Part shown: positions 51,125-58,949 of the stretch, piece after piece | Layout: the number at the start of each line of letters is the position of its first letter | Numbering within the stretch: position 1 is the stretch's first letter | Assembly: GCA_009694025.1 (NCBI GenBank) | Contig: SHVZ01000008.1 | Coordinates: forward strand, 2,609 to 66,608 | Source: Alphaproteobacteria bacterium | GTDB lineage: Bacteria; Pseudomonadota; Alphaproteobacteria; SHVZ01 | Length of the DNA: 64,000 nucleotides | Direction of reading: 5' to 3' | Translations under genes and position numbers: made by a program | Notes under the pieces: generated by a model | Databases searched by the model: none | The model's input: only the letters and a program-made list of their open reading frames with translations | What the model was told of the DNA's origin: nothing

Positions 51125-51766
51125 ATGACCGCGCGTGTCGTGACGGTGGCGCAGCAGAAGGGCGGCGCCGGGAAGACGACCCTGGCCGCCCACCTGGCGG
51201 TTGCCTGGGCCCGGGAGGGGTACAAGGTCGGCGTCGTCGACATCGATCCGCAAGCGAGCCTGACCAAATGGTTCGCCGAGCGCGCCCGCGTGAAGGATGC
51301 GGTTCCGATCGAGCTCCGTTGCGTCGGCGGCTGGCGCGTGCAAAGCGAGGTCGAGAAGCTGGCGAGGACCGTCGACCTGGTGGTGGTCGACAGCCCGCCC
51401 CATGCCGAGACCGAATCGAAGATCGCCGTCCGCGCCGCCGATCTCGTCCTGATCCCGGCGCAGCCGAGCCCGATGGATCTGTGGGCGACCAAGGCGACGA
51501 TCGACCTCGCCCGCTCGGAGAAGCGTGCGGCGCTGGTGGTGCTGAACCGCATGCCGGCCCGCGGCAAGCTCGCCGAGCAGATGCGGGGCAAGTATGCCGA
51601 GCTCGGCGCGCCGGTCGCCGAGGCCGTGCTCGGCAGCCGCGTCGCTTTCGCCGCCGCCCTTCTCGAAGGGGTCGGCATCTCCGAGCACGCGCCGTCGAGC
51701 GCAGCGGCCCAGGAGATGGCCGCGCTCGCCGCCGAAATCTTCAGGCGGCTCGGCCCCGAGCAATGA
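51125..51766 (+). CDS. Orphan ParA/MinD-family P-loop ATPase
   Basis: Start at ATG 51125, preceded by GAGAGGGGG. The deviant Walker A is QQKGGAGKTTLAAHLA; VVDIDPQAS and LVVVDSPP also fit. 213 aa. No parB-like gene is adjacent. Confidence 0.75.
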   Translation: MTARVVTVAQQKGGAGKTTLAAHLAVAWAREGYKVGVVDIDPQASLTKWFAERARVKDAVPIELRCVGGWRVQSEVEKLARTVDLVVVDSPPHAETESKIAVRAADLVLIPAQPSPMDLWATKATIDLARSEKRAALVVLNRMPARGKLAEQMRGKYAELGAPVAEAVLGSRVAFAAALLEGVGISEHAPSSAAAQEMAALAAEIFRRLGPEQ

Positions 51767-52508
51767 AGCCGTTGTTGAAGAACTTGGGCTTGCCGTAGAG
51801 CAGCGGGCCGCCCTCCTTCGCCTCGACCCGGCCACCGGCGGCTTCCAGGATCGCGTGACCGGCGGCCGTGTCCCATTCCATGGTCTGGCCGAAGCGCGGA
51901 TAGAGGTCGGCCTCGCCGGCCGCAAGCAGGCCGAACTTGATGGCGCTGCCGCAGAGCACCCGGCCTTTGAGCGGCAGAGTCTTGAGATAGGTCTCGAACT
52001 TCTCGCTGGTGTGCGAGCGGCTGATGGCGACGACCAAGCCGTCCTCGGCCGGGATGCGAGCCGAAAGCACTTCCCGTTGCCCCCCCGTCTCCCGCCAAGC
52101 CTCGCCGCTGCCGCCGGCATACAGGGAGTCCAGCACCGGCGCATAGATCACCCCGGCCACCGCCTTGAAGTCGACGACGAGCCCGGCGACGACGGCGAAC
52201 TCGCCGTTGCGCTTGACGAACTCCTTGGTGCCGTCGAGAGGATCGACCAGCCAGAAGCGGCCGCCCGACACGTTGGGGAACCTGCCGGCCTCGACCTCCT
52301 CCTCGGAGACGACCGGGATGTCCGGCGTCAGGCGATGCAGCGCCTCCAGCATCACCGCCTCCGAGGCGTGGTCCGCTGCCGTCACCGGCGAGCCGTCAGT
52401 CTTCCTGGTGACGGCGAATTCGCTCTCGTAGTGCTCGAGGACCGCCGCCCCCGCCCGACGCGCCGCCGCGGCGACCGCCGGCAGGAGCTTCGCGACCTCC
52501 AGCGCCAC
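51741..52508 (-). CDS. cysQ: 3'(2'),5'-bisphosphate nucleotidase (CysQ, IMPase family)
   Basis: GTG start. KTDGSPVTAAD, SEEE, WLVDPLDGTKEF and MEWDTAAGHAIL are typical of CysQ. Its start lies 1 nt after the CoxL-like stop. Confidence 0.8.
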   Translation of the reverse strand: MALEVAKLLPAVAAAARRAGAAVLEHYESEFAVTRKTDGSPVTAADHASEAVMLEALHRLTPDIPVVSEEEVEAGRFPNVSGGRFWLVDPLDGTKEFVKRNGEFAVVAGLVVDFKAVAGVIYAPVLDSLYAGGSGEAWRETGGQREVLSARIPAEDGLVVAISRSHTSEKFETYLKTLPLKGRVLCGSAIKFGLLAAGEADLYPRFGQTMEWDTAAGHAILEAAGGRVEAKEGGPLLYGKPKFFNNGFIARGRAA

Positions 52509-52509
52509 G

Positions 52510-54849
52510 CTACTCCGCCGCCCGCTTCGCCGAGGCGGCGCGGATCGCGGACCAGACCTTCTGCGGCGTCGCCGGCATGTCGATGTGACGGATGCCGTAG
52601 GGCTGGAGGGCGTCGACCAGCGCGTTGATGATGGTCGGCGGCGCGCCGATCGCCCCGGCCTCGCCGCAGCCTTTGAGACCGAGTGGGTTGGTCTTGCACT
52701 TGACCGGGTTCATGTCGAAGGCCAGGTCCGGAACGTCGCCGGCGCGCGGCAGGCAGTAGTCCATCAGCGAGCCGGTGACGAGCTGGCCGGTCTCGTCATA
52801 GACGCAGCTTTCCAACAAGGCCTGGCCCAGGCCCTGGCCGATGCCACCATGGACCTGGCCACGGAGCAGCATCGGGTTCAAGACGGTGCCAAAATCGTCG
52901 ACGATGGTGTAGCGCTCGACCTGGACGGTGCCGGTCTCCGGGTCGACCTCGACCTCGGCGATGTGGCAGCCGTTCGGGTAGGTGGACGCCGGCGGCTGGA
53001 ACATATTGGTGCCGTTGAGCCCGGCGTCGACGCCAGCCGGTCGCTTCTTCGGATCGTTGGCGGCGGCCGCCACCTCGAAGAGCGTCATCCGTCGGTCGGT
53101 ACCGGCGATGGCGAAACGGCCGTCGGCGAACTCGATGTCGGCCACGGCCGCCTCCAGCACGTGGGCGGCGATCTTCTTGCCTTTGTTGATGACGTCGGTC
53201 GCCGCCCCGTCGACACAGACGCCGCCCACGGGAATCGAACGCGAGCCGCCGGTGCCGCCGCCGGACTTGACGGTATCGGTGTCGCCCTGGATGACCTTGA
53301 TCCGATCGATGTCGATGCCGAGCTTGTCGGCGGCGACCTGGGCGTAGGCGGTTTCGTGGCCCTGGCCGTTCGATTGCGTTCCGACGGCGACCGTGACCGC
53401 ACCCGAGGGCTCGACGTCGATCCAGGCGTTCTCCGGCCCGCCGCCGCTGCAGGCCTCGACGTAGCAGGCCATGCCGATGCCGCGGACCTTGCCCTTCTTC
53501 TGGGAGGCCGCCTTCCTGGCGCCGATGCCCTTCCAGTCGGCCGCGGCCATGCACTTCTCCATGGCGGCGGCGAACTCGCCCGAATCGTACGTCTCGCCGA
53601 GCGCGGTGGTGAACGGCATCGCCTGGGGCTTGATGAAATTCTTCCGGCGGATCGCGTCCGGGGTGAGCCCGAGCTCGCGCGCGGCGATATCGGTCAACCG
53701 CTCGACCACGTAGGCGGCTTCCGGCCGGCCGGCGCCGCGATAGGCATCGATCGGCACCGTGTGGGTGAAGACGCCCCTGACATGGGCGTGGATCGCTGGG
53801 GTCGAATAGAGGCCCGCCAGCATGCCGGTGCCAGCCATGGTCGGGATGAACGGCCCGTAGTTGGAGAGATAGGCGCCGAGATTGGCGACGGTCTCGACCT
53901 TGAGTCCGAGGAAGGTGCCGTCCTTGGCAACCGCCAGGCGCGCCCTCGTCACGTGGTCGCGCCCCTGGGTGTCGGAGAGGAAGGCCTCCGAACGATCGGA
54001 GGTCCACTTGACCGGACGGCCTATCTTCTTCGCCGCCCACAGCACCAGCGCGTGCTCGCGGTAGAGGAAGAGCTTCATGCCGAAGCCGCCGCCGACATCG
54101 GGCGTCACCACCCGGATCTTCTCCGGCTTCACCTTGAAGACGCTCTCGGCGATCAGGCCCTGGATCGTGTGGGAGCCCTGCGAGGAGGTGTAGAGGACGT
54201 AGCGGTCCTCCTTCGTCTCGAACGCACCGAGCGCGCCGCGCGGCTCCATCGAATTGACGATGATGCGGTTGTTGACCAGCTCGAGCTCGACCACTTTGTC
54301 GGCCGTCTTGAAGGCGGCCTCCGCCGCCTTGGCGTCGCCGAGCTCCCAGTCGAAGACCTGGTTGCCCTTGGCCTCCGGCCAGACCTGCGGCGCACCCTTG
54401 ACCGCCGCTCCCTTGGTGTCGGCGGCGGCTGGTAAAATCGTCCAGTCGATGTCGATCAGCTCGGCGGCGTCGCGGGCCTGGGCCAGTGTCTCGGCGACGA
54501 CCAGCGCCACCGCATCGCCGACATGGCGGGCGGTGTCCTCGACCAGGATCGGGTAGGGCGGCATCGCCGAATTGGAGCCATCGCGGTTCTTGAGCGGCAC
54601 TTTGCAGGGAATGCTGCCGAGACCGTCGGCCTTGGCATCGGCGCCGGTGAGGACCGCGAGCACGCCTGGCGCCTTCTTCGCCGCCGCAGTGCCCTTGATC
54701 TTGAAGGTGGCGTGCGCATGGGGCGAGCGCACGACGAAGGCCGCCGCCTGCCCCGGCAGGTTGATGTCGTCGGTGTAGCGGCCACGCCCGGTGATGAAGC
54801 GCACATCCTCCTTGCGGCGGACGGACTGGCCGAAGCCGAACTGACCCAT
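52510..54849 (-). CDS. Molybdenum hydroxylase large subunit, form-II CoxL-like (xanthine dehydrogenase family)
   Basis: Start at ATG 54849 (MGQFGFGQSVRRKEDVRFITGRGRYTDDI) with GGAG upstream. The active-site loop is AYRGAGR (form II type, not the VAYRCSFR of bona fide CO dehydrogenase). 779 aa. The 1000-aa track ORF is over-extended through the HIT gene. Confidence 0.85.
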   Translation of the reverse strand: MGQFGFGQSVRRKEDVRFITGRGRYTDDINLPGQAAAFVVRSPHAHATFKIKGTAAAKKAPGVLAVLTGADAKADGLGSIPCKVPLKNRDGSNSAMPPYPILVEDTARHVGDAVALVVAETLAQARDAAELIDIDWTILPAAADTKGAAVKGAPQVWPEAKGNQVFDWELGDAKAAEAAFKTADKVVELELVNNRIIVNSMEPRGALGAFETKEDRYVLYTSSQGSHTIQGLIAESVFKVKPEKIRVVTPDVGGGFGMKLFLYREHALVLWAAKKIGRPVKWTSDRSEAFLSDTQGRDHVTRARLAVAKDGTFLGLKVETVANLGAYLSNYGPFIPTMAGTGMLAGLYSTPAIHAHVRGVFTHTVPIDAYRGAGRPEAAYVVERLTDIAARELGLTPDAIRRKNFIKPQAMPFTTALGETYDSGEFAAAMEKCMAAADWKGIGARKAASQKKGKVRGIGMACYVEACSGGGPENAWIDVEPSGAVTVAVGTQSNGQGHETAYAQVAADKLGIDIDRIKVIQGDTDTVKSGGGTGGSRSIPVGGVCVDGAATDVINKGKKIAAHVLEAAVADIEFADGRFAIAGTDRRMTLFEVAAAANDPKKRPAGVDAGLNGTNMFQPPASTYPNGCHIAEVEVDPETGTVQVERYTIVDDFGTVLNPMLLRGQVHGGIGQGLGQALLESCVYDETGQLVTGSLMDYCLPRAGDVPDLAFDMNPVKCKTNPLGLKGCGEAGAIGAPPTIINALVDALQPYGIRHIDMPATPQKVWSAIRAASAKRAAE

Positions 54850-54917
54850 CGGAGGCTCCCCTTGGAAGTCGACCTTGAAGAAGACGGCGGATGATAGGCG
54901 GGCGAGGCGCCCGAAGG

Positions 54918-55358
54918 CTAGGCTTGGTTCTTGATGCGCACTGCCATCTCGGCCAACCCCGCCGGGGCCGCCGGCGGAATGTTGGCGATGTCGTAAGCGA
55001 CCGTTCCGTCCGTGACTTTCGCGTACATCTGCGAGGTCAGGTCGTGGCCGTCTTCCATCGGCACCACATGCAGATGGGCGTGCGGCACGGCGAAACCGCC
55101 GACAAGGAATCCGACCCTGGGCGGCGCGAGCGTGACGCGGATCTTCCTTGCCAGACGCTGGGCCACCATCAACACCTTGGTCGAGGCCGCGTCCGGCAGG
55201 TCGGAGAAGTGATCGACATGCGCCTTCGGGATGACCAGCGTATGGCCCGGCCGGATCGGGCGGATGTCCATGAAGGCGAAGCTGTCCTCGTCGTCGTGCA
55301 CGACGTGGGACGGGATCTCGCGCCTGGCGATCTTGCAGAAGAGGCAGCTTGCGGACAT
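54918..55358 (-). CDS. HIT family nucleotide hydrolase/transferase
   Basis: CLFCKIARREIPS and the histidine triad HAHLHVVP. 146 aa. Confidence 0.88.
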   Translation of the reverse strand: MSASCLFCKIARREIPSHVVHDDEDSFAFMDIRPIRPGHTLVIPKAHVDHFSDLPDAASTKVLMVAQRLARKIRVTLAPPRVGFLVGGFAVPHAHLHVVPMEDGHDLTSQMYAKVTDGTVAYDIANIPPAAPAGLAEMAVRIKNQA

Positions 55359-55404
55359 GGCGCCCTATCGTGGATGTGGCCAAGCGGGACTGTAGCGCCG
55401 AATG

Positions 55405-55420
55405 CGGGGATGCATCCCCG
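55405..55420. promoter_or_regulatory. Perfect 16-bp palindrome in the HIT/LysE divergent region (candidate operator or hairpin)
   Basis: CGGGGATGCATCCCCG, 46 nt upstream of the LysE-family ATG at 55466. Confidence 0.25.
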
Positions 55421-55465
55421 GGTTTCCGATAGGCTGATGCGCCGTCCCTCCGCCGGAGATCCGCC

Positions 55466-56095
55466 ATGAGCTTCGAGACCTGGCTCGCCTTTGCCGTCGC
55501 CTCGTTCGTCATCGTGACGATACCCGGCCCGACGGTGCTGATGGTCCTCTCCTACGCGTTGGGCCACGGACGGCGCGCCGCCTATTCGATCGTCGCCGGC
55601 GTGGCGCTCGGCGATTTCACCGCAATGACCGCCTCGATGCTCGGGCTCGGCGCCCTGCTCGCAACCTCGGCGGCGCTCTTCACCGCCGTGAAATGGATCG
55701 GCGCGGCTTACCTCGTCTATCTCGGGATCAAGCTCTGGCGGGCACCGGTCGAGTCCGGCGAAGAGATCGCCGCCCCGCCTACGTGGAGCCGTCGGCGGAT
55801 CTTCGCCAACGCCTATGTCGCCGCCGTCCTCAATCCCAAAGGGATCGTCTTCTACGTCGCCTTCTTCCCGCAGTTCCTCGACCCGGCGCGGTCGCTGCCG
55901 GCACAGATGGCGATCCTGGTTCCGACCTTCGTCGCCCTTGGGGCCTGGAATGCTCTCATGTATGCGCTCCTCGCGTCGGCGGCCAAGCGCATCATCCGCA
56001 AGGCGTCGGTCCAGCGCACGATCAACCGGATCGGCGGCGCGCTCCTGATCGCCGCCGGCGCGCTGACGGTGATCTGGCGGCGGGCTCCCGCCTAG
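55466..56095 (+). CDS. LysE/RhtB family amino-acid exporter
   Basis: 209 aa; MSFETWLAFAVASFVIVTIPGPTVLMVLSYAL and NPKGIVFYVAFFPQF are LysE-family hallmarks. Confidence 0.85.
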   Translation: MSFETWLAFAVASFVIVTIPGPTVLMVLSYALGHGRRAAYSIVAGVALGDFTAMTASMLGLGALLATSAALFTAVKWIGAAYLVYLGIKLWRAPVESGEEIAAPPTWSRRRIFANAYVAAVLNPKGIVFYVAFFPQFLDPARSLPAQMAILVPTFVALGAWNALMYALLASAAKRIIRKASVQRTINRIGGALLIAAGALTVIWRRAPA

Positions 56096-56556
56096 CCGAG
56101 CCGCTTCTCCATCCGGTAGTTGGCGAAGTCCTGGCCGCGCAGGCTCACGGTCTGCGGGGCGATGACGCGAAAGCCCTTCCGTTCGAAGAACGGCCGCGCG
56201 GTGATGCTGGCCTCGGTGTAGAGCCGGTCGAGGCCGAGCCGCGCCGCCTCCGCCTCGACCTGACGCAAGAGAGCGCCGGCAACGCCCCGTCCCTGGTGGT
56301 CGGAATGGACGTACATCATGTCGACATGGCCGTCGGGTTCGAGGTCGGTGAATCCCGCGATCTCGCCGTCGACCTCGGCGACCCAGGTCGGCCGGCTCGC
56401 GCGGCGCGTGGCCCAGCTCTGCCGGTCGACCGCATCCGGTGCCCAGGCCTTCACCTGATCCTCGGTATAGTCGCGGATGGCGATGCGGCGCACCGAGTCG
56501 CGGAACAGCCGGATCAACCCATCGAGGTCGGCCGGGACATAGAGACGAATGATCAT
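56092..56556 (-). CDS. GNAT family N-acetyltransferase
   Basis: Start at ATG 56556 (MIIRLYVPADLDGLIRLF) with an ATGA overlap to the upstream gene. The acetyl-CoA motif is VHSDHQGRGVAGALL. 154 aa. Confidence 0.8.
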   Translation of the reverse strand: MIIRLYVPADLDGLIRLFRDSVRRIAIRDYTEDQVKAWAPDAVDRQSWATRRASRPTWVAEVDGEIAGFTDLEPDGHVDMMYVHSDHQGRGVAGALLRQVEAEAARLGLDRLYTEASITARPFFERKGFRVIAPQTVSLRGQDFANYRMEKRLG

Positions 56557-57323
56557 CGGATCTTGATATCGAGCTTCGCCAGGTTGTCGCGGGCGGCATC
56601 GGCAGCCGCGCTCCCGGGCGCCCGCTGCAGAACCGAAATCCAATCGGCGCGCGCCCCGGCGTCGTTGCCGGCAAGACGCCGGAGGATGCCGCGCTCGATC
56701 AATGCCTCCGGGAACCCCGGCCTGAGCGCGAGGGCCGCCTCGACGTCCTCGGTCGCGAGATCCGGCGCATCGACGTAGCGACAGGCGGTGGCGCGGAAGA
56801 CATAGGCTTCCGCCCGCCTCGGATCGAGATCGACGGCGCGGTTGAGGTCGTCGATGGCCTCGAAGTAGTTGGCGGCGGCGGCGAGCGCGATCGCCCGGTC
56901 GATGAAGAGATCGGGGTCGTCTCTCCTCAGCCTGATCGCCTCGCCGAAGGCGGCGACGGCGCGCGGCAGGTCGCCGGCCAGGACCCAGACGTTACCGGCC
57001 TGGCCCAGCGCCTCGACCCGGAGCTGGGGATCGCGGGTCTCGATCGCGACCTGGACGAAGGCGTCGGCCGCATCGGCATAGCGATCGAGGCCGAGCAGCG
57101 CCGTCGCCAGGCAGTGTCGGGCCGGCGCTCCTCCTTTGAGAGCGATCATCCCAAGGGCCCGCTCCTCGCCATGCGCCGGGTTCGAGCGGGCGAGCGCCAT
57201 GCAGGCACGGTAGGACTCCTCGCCGCCAATGATCTCGGAACGGGCGGGCGTCGACAGCAGGGCGAAGACCAGGAGGAACGCGATCACCCGTGCTAGATAG
57301 GTCGCGGGAGCCCATCCGTCCAT
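56553..57323 (-). CDS. Tetratricopeptide-repeat protein with N-terminal signal/anchor
   Basis: 256 aa with hydrophobic N-terminus YLARVIAFLLVFALLSTPARS, followed by repeated A/L/Y/D-rich 34-residue units (e.g. AIALAAAANYFEAIDDLNRAVDLDPRRAEAYVFRA). Confidence 0.7.
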   Translation of the reverse strand: MDGWAPATYLARVIAFLLVFALLSTPARSEIIGGEESYRACMALARSNPAHGEERALGMIALKGGAPARHCLATALLGLDRYADAADAFVQVAIETRDPQLRVEALGQAGNVWVLAGDLPRAVAAFGEAIRLRRDDPDLFIDRAIALAAAANYFEAIDDLNRAVDLDPRRAEAYVFRATACRYVDAPDLATEDVEAALALRPGFPEALIERGILRRLAGNDAGARADWISVLQRAPGSAAADAARDNLAKLDIKIR

Positions 57324-58182
57324 GCCTCGCCTCTTCTGCTTCGGCCTCGGCTATTCAGCCCTAGCGCTCGCGCAAGCGCTCCGGCCGCGTGGCTGGACTG
57401 TCGCCGGCACTTGCCGATCGGACCGCACTCGGGCAGCCCTGGCCGCCGAGGGCATCGACGCACACCTTTTCGAGCGCGCCCGATCCCTCGTCGATCCGGC
57501 GGCGACCCTGGCCGGGACGACTCATCTCCTCTCGTCCGTGCCTCCCGACGAAGCCGGCGATCCCGTGCTGGACTGTTATGCGAAGGCGATCGCAGGGCTC
57601 GGCACGGAATGGATCGGCTACCTCTCGACCACCGGCGTCTACGGCGACCGTGCCGGCGGCTGGGTCGACGAGGCGAGCGACCTCCGGCCGGCCGGCGAGC
57701 GCGGGCGGCGCCGGGTCGCCGCCGAACGCGGCTGGCTCGATCTTTGGGAGCAGAGCGGACGGCCCGCGCACCTCTTCCGCCTCGCCGGCATCTACGGTCC
57801 CGGGCGCGGACCTTTCGAGCAGGTGCGGGCGGGCACCGCCAAGCAGGTGATCAAGCCGGGCCAGGTGTTCTCGCGCATCCACGTCCACGACATCGTGCAG
57901 GTGCTGGAGGCCTCGATGGCGCGACCGAACCCGGGGGCCATCTACAATGTCTGCGACGACGATCCGGCGCCGCCCCAGGACGTGATCGCCGAGGCGAGCC
58001 GCCTCCTCGGCCTGGCGCCGCCGCCCGAGATCCCGTTCGAGACGGCGGCGCTGTCGCCCATGGCGCGCAGCTTCTACGAGGAGTCGAAGCGCGTCAGCAA
58101 CCGCCGGATCAAGGAGGAGCTAGGCGTGCGCCTGCGGTACCCGAGCTATCGCGAAGGACTCGCGGCCTTGGCGAGGAGCTGA
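57322..58182 (+). CDS. NAD(P)-binding Rossmann-fold protein (atypical SDR / epimerase-like)
   Basis: MPRLFCFGLGYSALALAQAL gives a GxGxxA dinucleotide fold at the extreme N-terminus. STTGVYGD and RLAGIYGPGR resemble the NAD-dependent epimerase family. 286 aa. Confidence 0.7.
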   Translation: MPRLFCFGLGYSALALAQALRPRGWTVAGTCRSDRTRAALAAEGIDAHLFERARSLVDPAATLAGTTHLLSSVPPDEAGDPVLDCYAKAIAGLGTEWIGYLSTTGVYGDRAGGWVDEASDLRPAGERGRRRVAAERGWLDLWEQSGRPAHLFRLAGIYGPGRGPFEQVRAGTAKQVIKPGQVFSRIHVHDIVQVLEASMARPNPGAIYNVCDDDPAPPQDVIAEASRLLGLAPPPEIPFETAALSPMARSFYEESKRVSNRRIKEELGVRLRYPSYREGLAALARS

Positions 58183-58910
58183 TCCAGCGCCCGCCCGAGG
58201 AGCGCCAGCTCCCGCTCTCCCGACAGCCGATGGTCGCCGCCGGGAACCAGCGTCACCGCGGTATCCGGTCCGTCGATGGCCCCGGCAAGGCGGAGCGAGA
58301 GATCGGCCGGAACCTCGGAATCCGCGGTCCCATGCAGCAGCCTCACCGGGAATCCGAAGGCGAGCCGGCGCGACAGGACCAGATGCCTCGCCGCCTCTTC
58401 AAGCGCGCGCCGGGCGATCGGATAGGGCTCCGCCCCGTAGGCCGAGGGTCGAAGCCAGACGCCGTCCCGCGCGAGCGCCGCCCGCGCGCCCGCCGAGAGG
58501 GACGGCTCGATCAGCTCGCGGGTGAAGTCGGGCGCCGCGGCGACGCCGACGAGGCCGGCGATCCGCTCCGGCCGCGACTCGGCGACCAGGGCTGCGATCC
58601 ACGCCCCCATGCTGGAGCCGATGAGGATCTGCGGACCGGAGGTCAACCGATCGAGGACGGCGACCGCATCTTCCTTCCAACGCCCGACCGTCCCCTCGGC
58701 GAGACGCCCGGTCGATTCGCCATGACCGAAGGCATCGAAGCGGAGAAAGGCATGGCCTCGATCTCGACAACGCTCGGCGAGCCAGCTCGCCTTGATGCCG
58801 GTCATGGCGGAATTGAAGCCGCTTATGAAGATTATGCCGGGTCCGCTCCCGCCTAAGCGGCGGAACGCGATTTCGTGACCATCGGGGCGTGATAGTCTTT
58901 CGACCGACAT
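58146..58910 (-). CDS. Alpha/beta hydrolase
   Basis: Start at ATG 58910 (MSVERLSRPDGHEIAFRRLGGSGPGIIFISGF). Nucleophile elbow GSSMGA, and the C-terminal GDHRL providing the catalytic His. 254 aa. Confidence 0.75.
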   Translation of the reverse strand: MSVERLSRPDGHEIAFRRLGGSGPGIIFISGFNSAMTGIKASWLAERCRDRGHAFLRFDAFGHGESTGRLAEGTVGRWKEDAVAVLDRLTSGPQILIGSSMGAWIAALVAESRPERIAGLVGVAAAPDFTRELIEPSLSAGARAALARDGVWLRPSAYGAEPYPIARRALEEAARHLVLSRRLAFGFPVRLLHGTADSEVPADLSLRLAGAIDGPDTAVTLVPGGDHRLSGERELALLGRALDQLLAKAASPSR

Positions 58911-58949
58911 GAGCGCCTGTCGCTCCCTCTCCGTGCCTGCTCCTAGACG

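Noticed and set aside
52510-55512. 1000-aa form of the CoxL-like ORF, and similarly over-extended track ORFs: acs 787 aa, the acyl-CoA dehydrogenase gene 704 aa, the FAD-linked oxidase gene 723 aa, kdsB 325 aa
   Set aside because: The N-terminal extensions overlap the neighbouring genes (for example the HIT gene) and lack family similarity. Internal ATGs with SD-like sequences give canonical N-termini.
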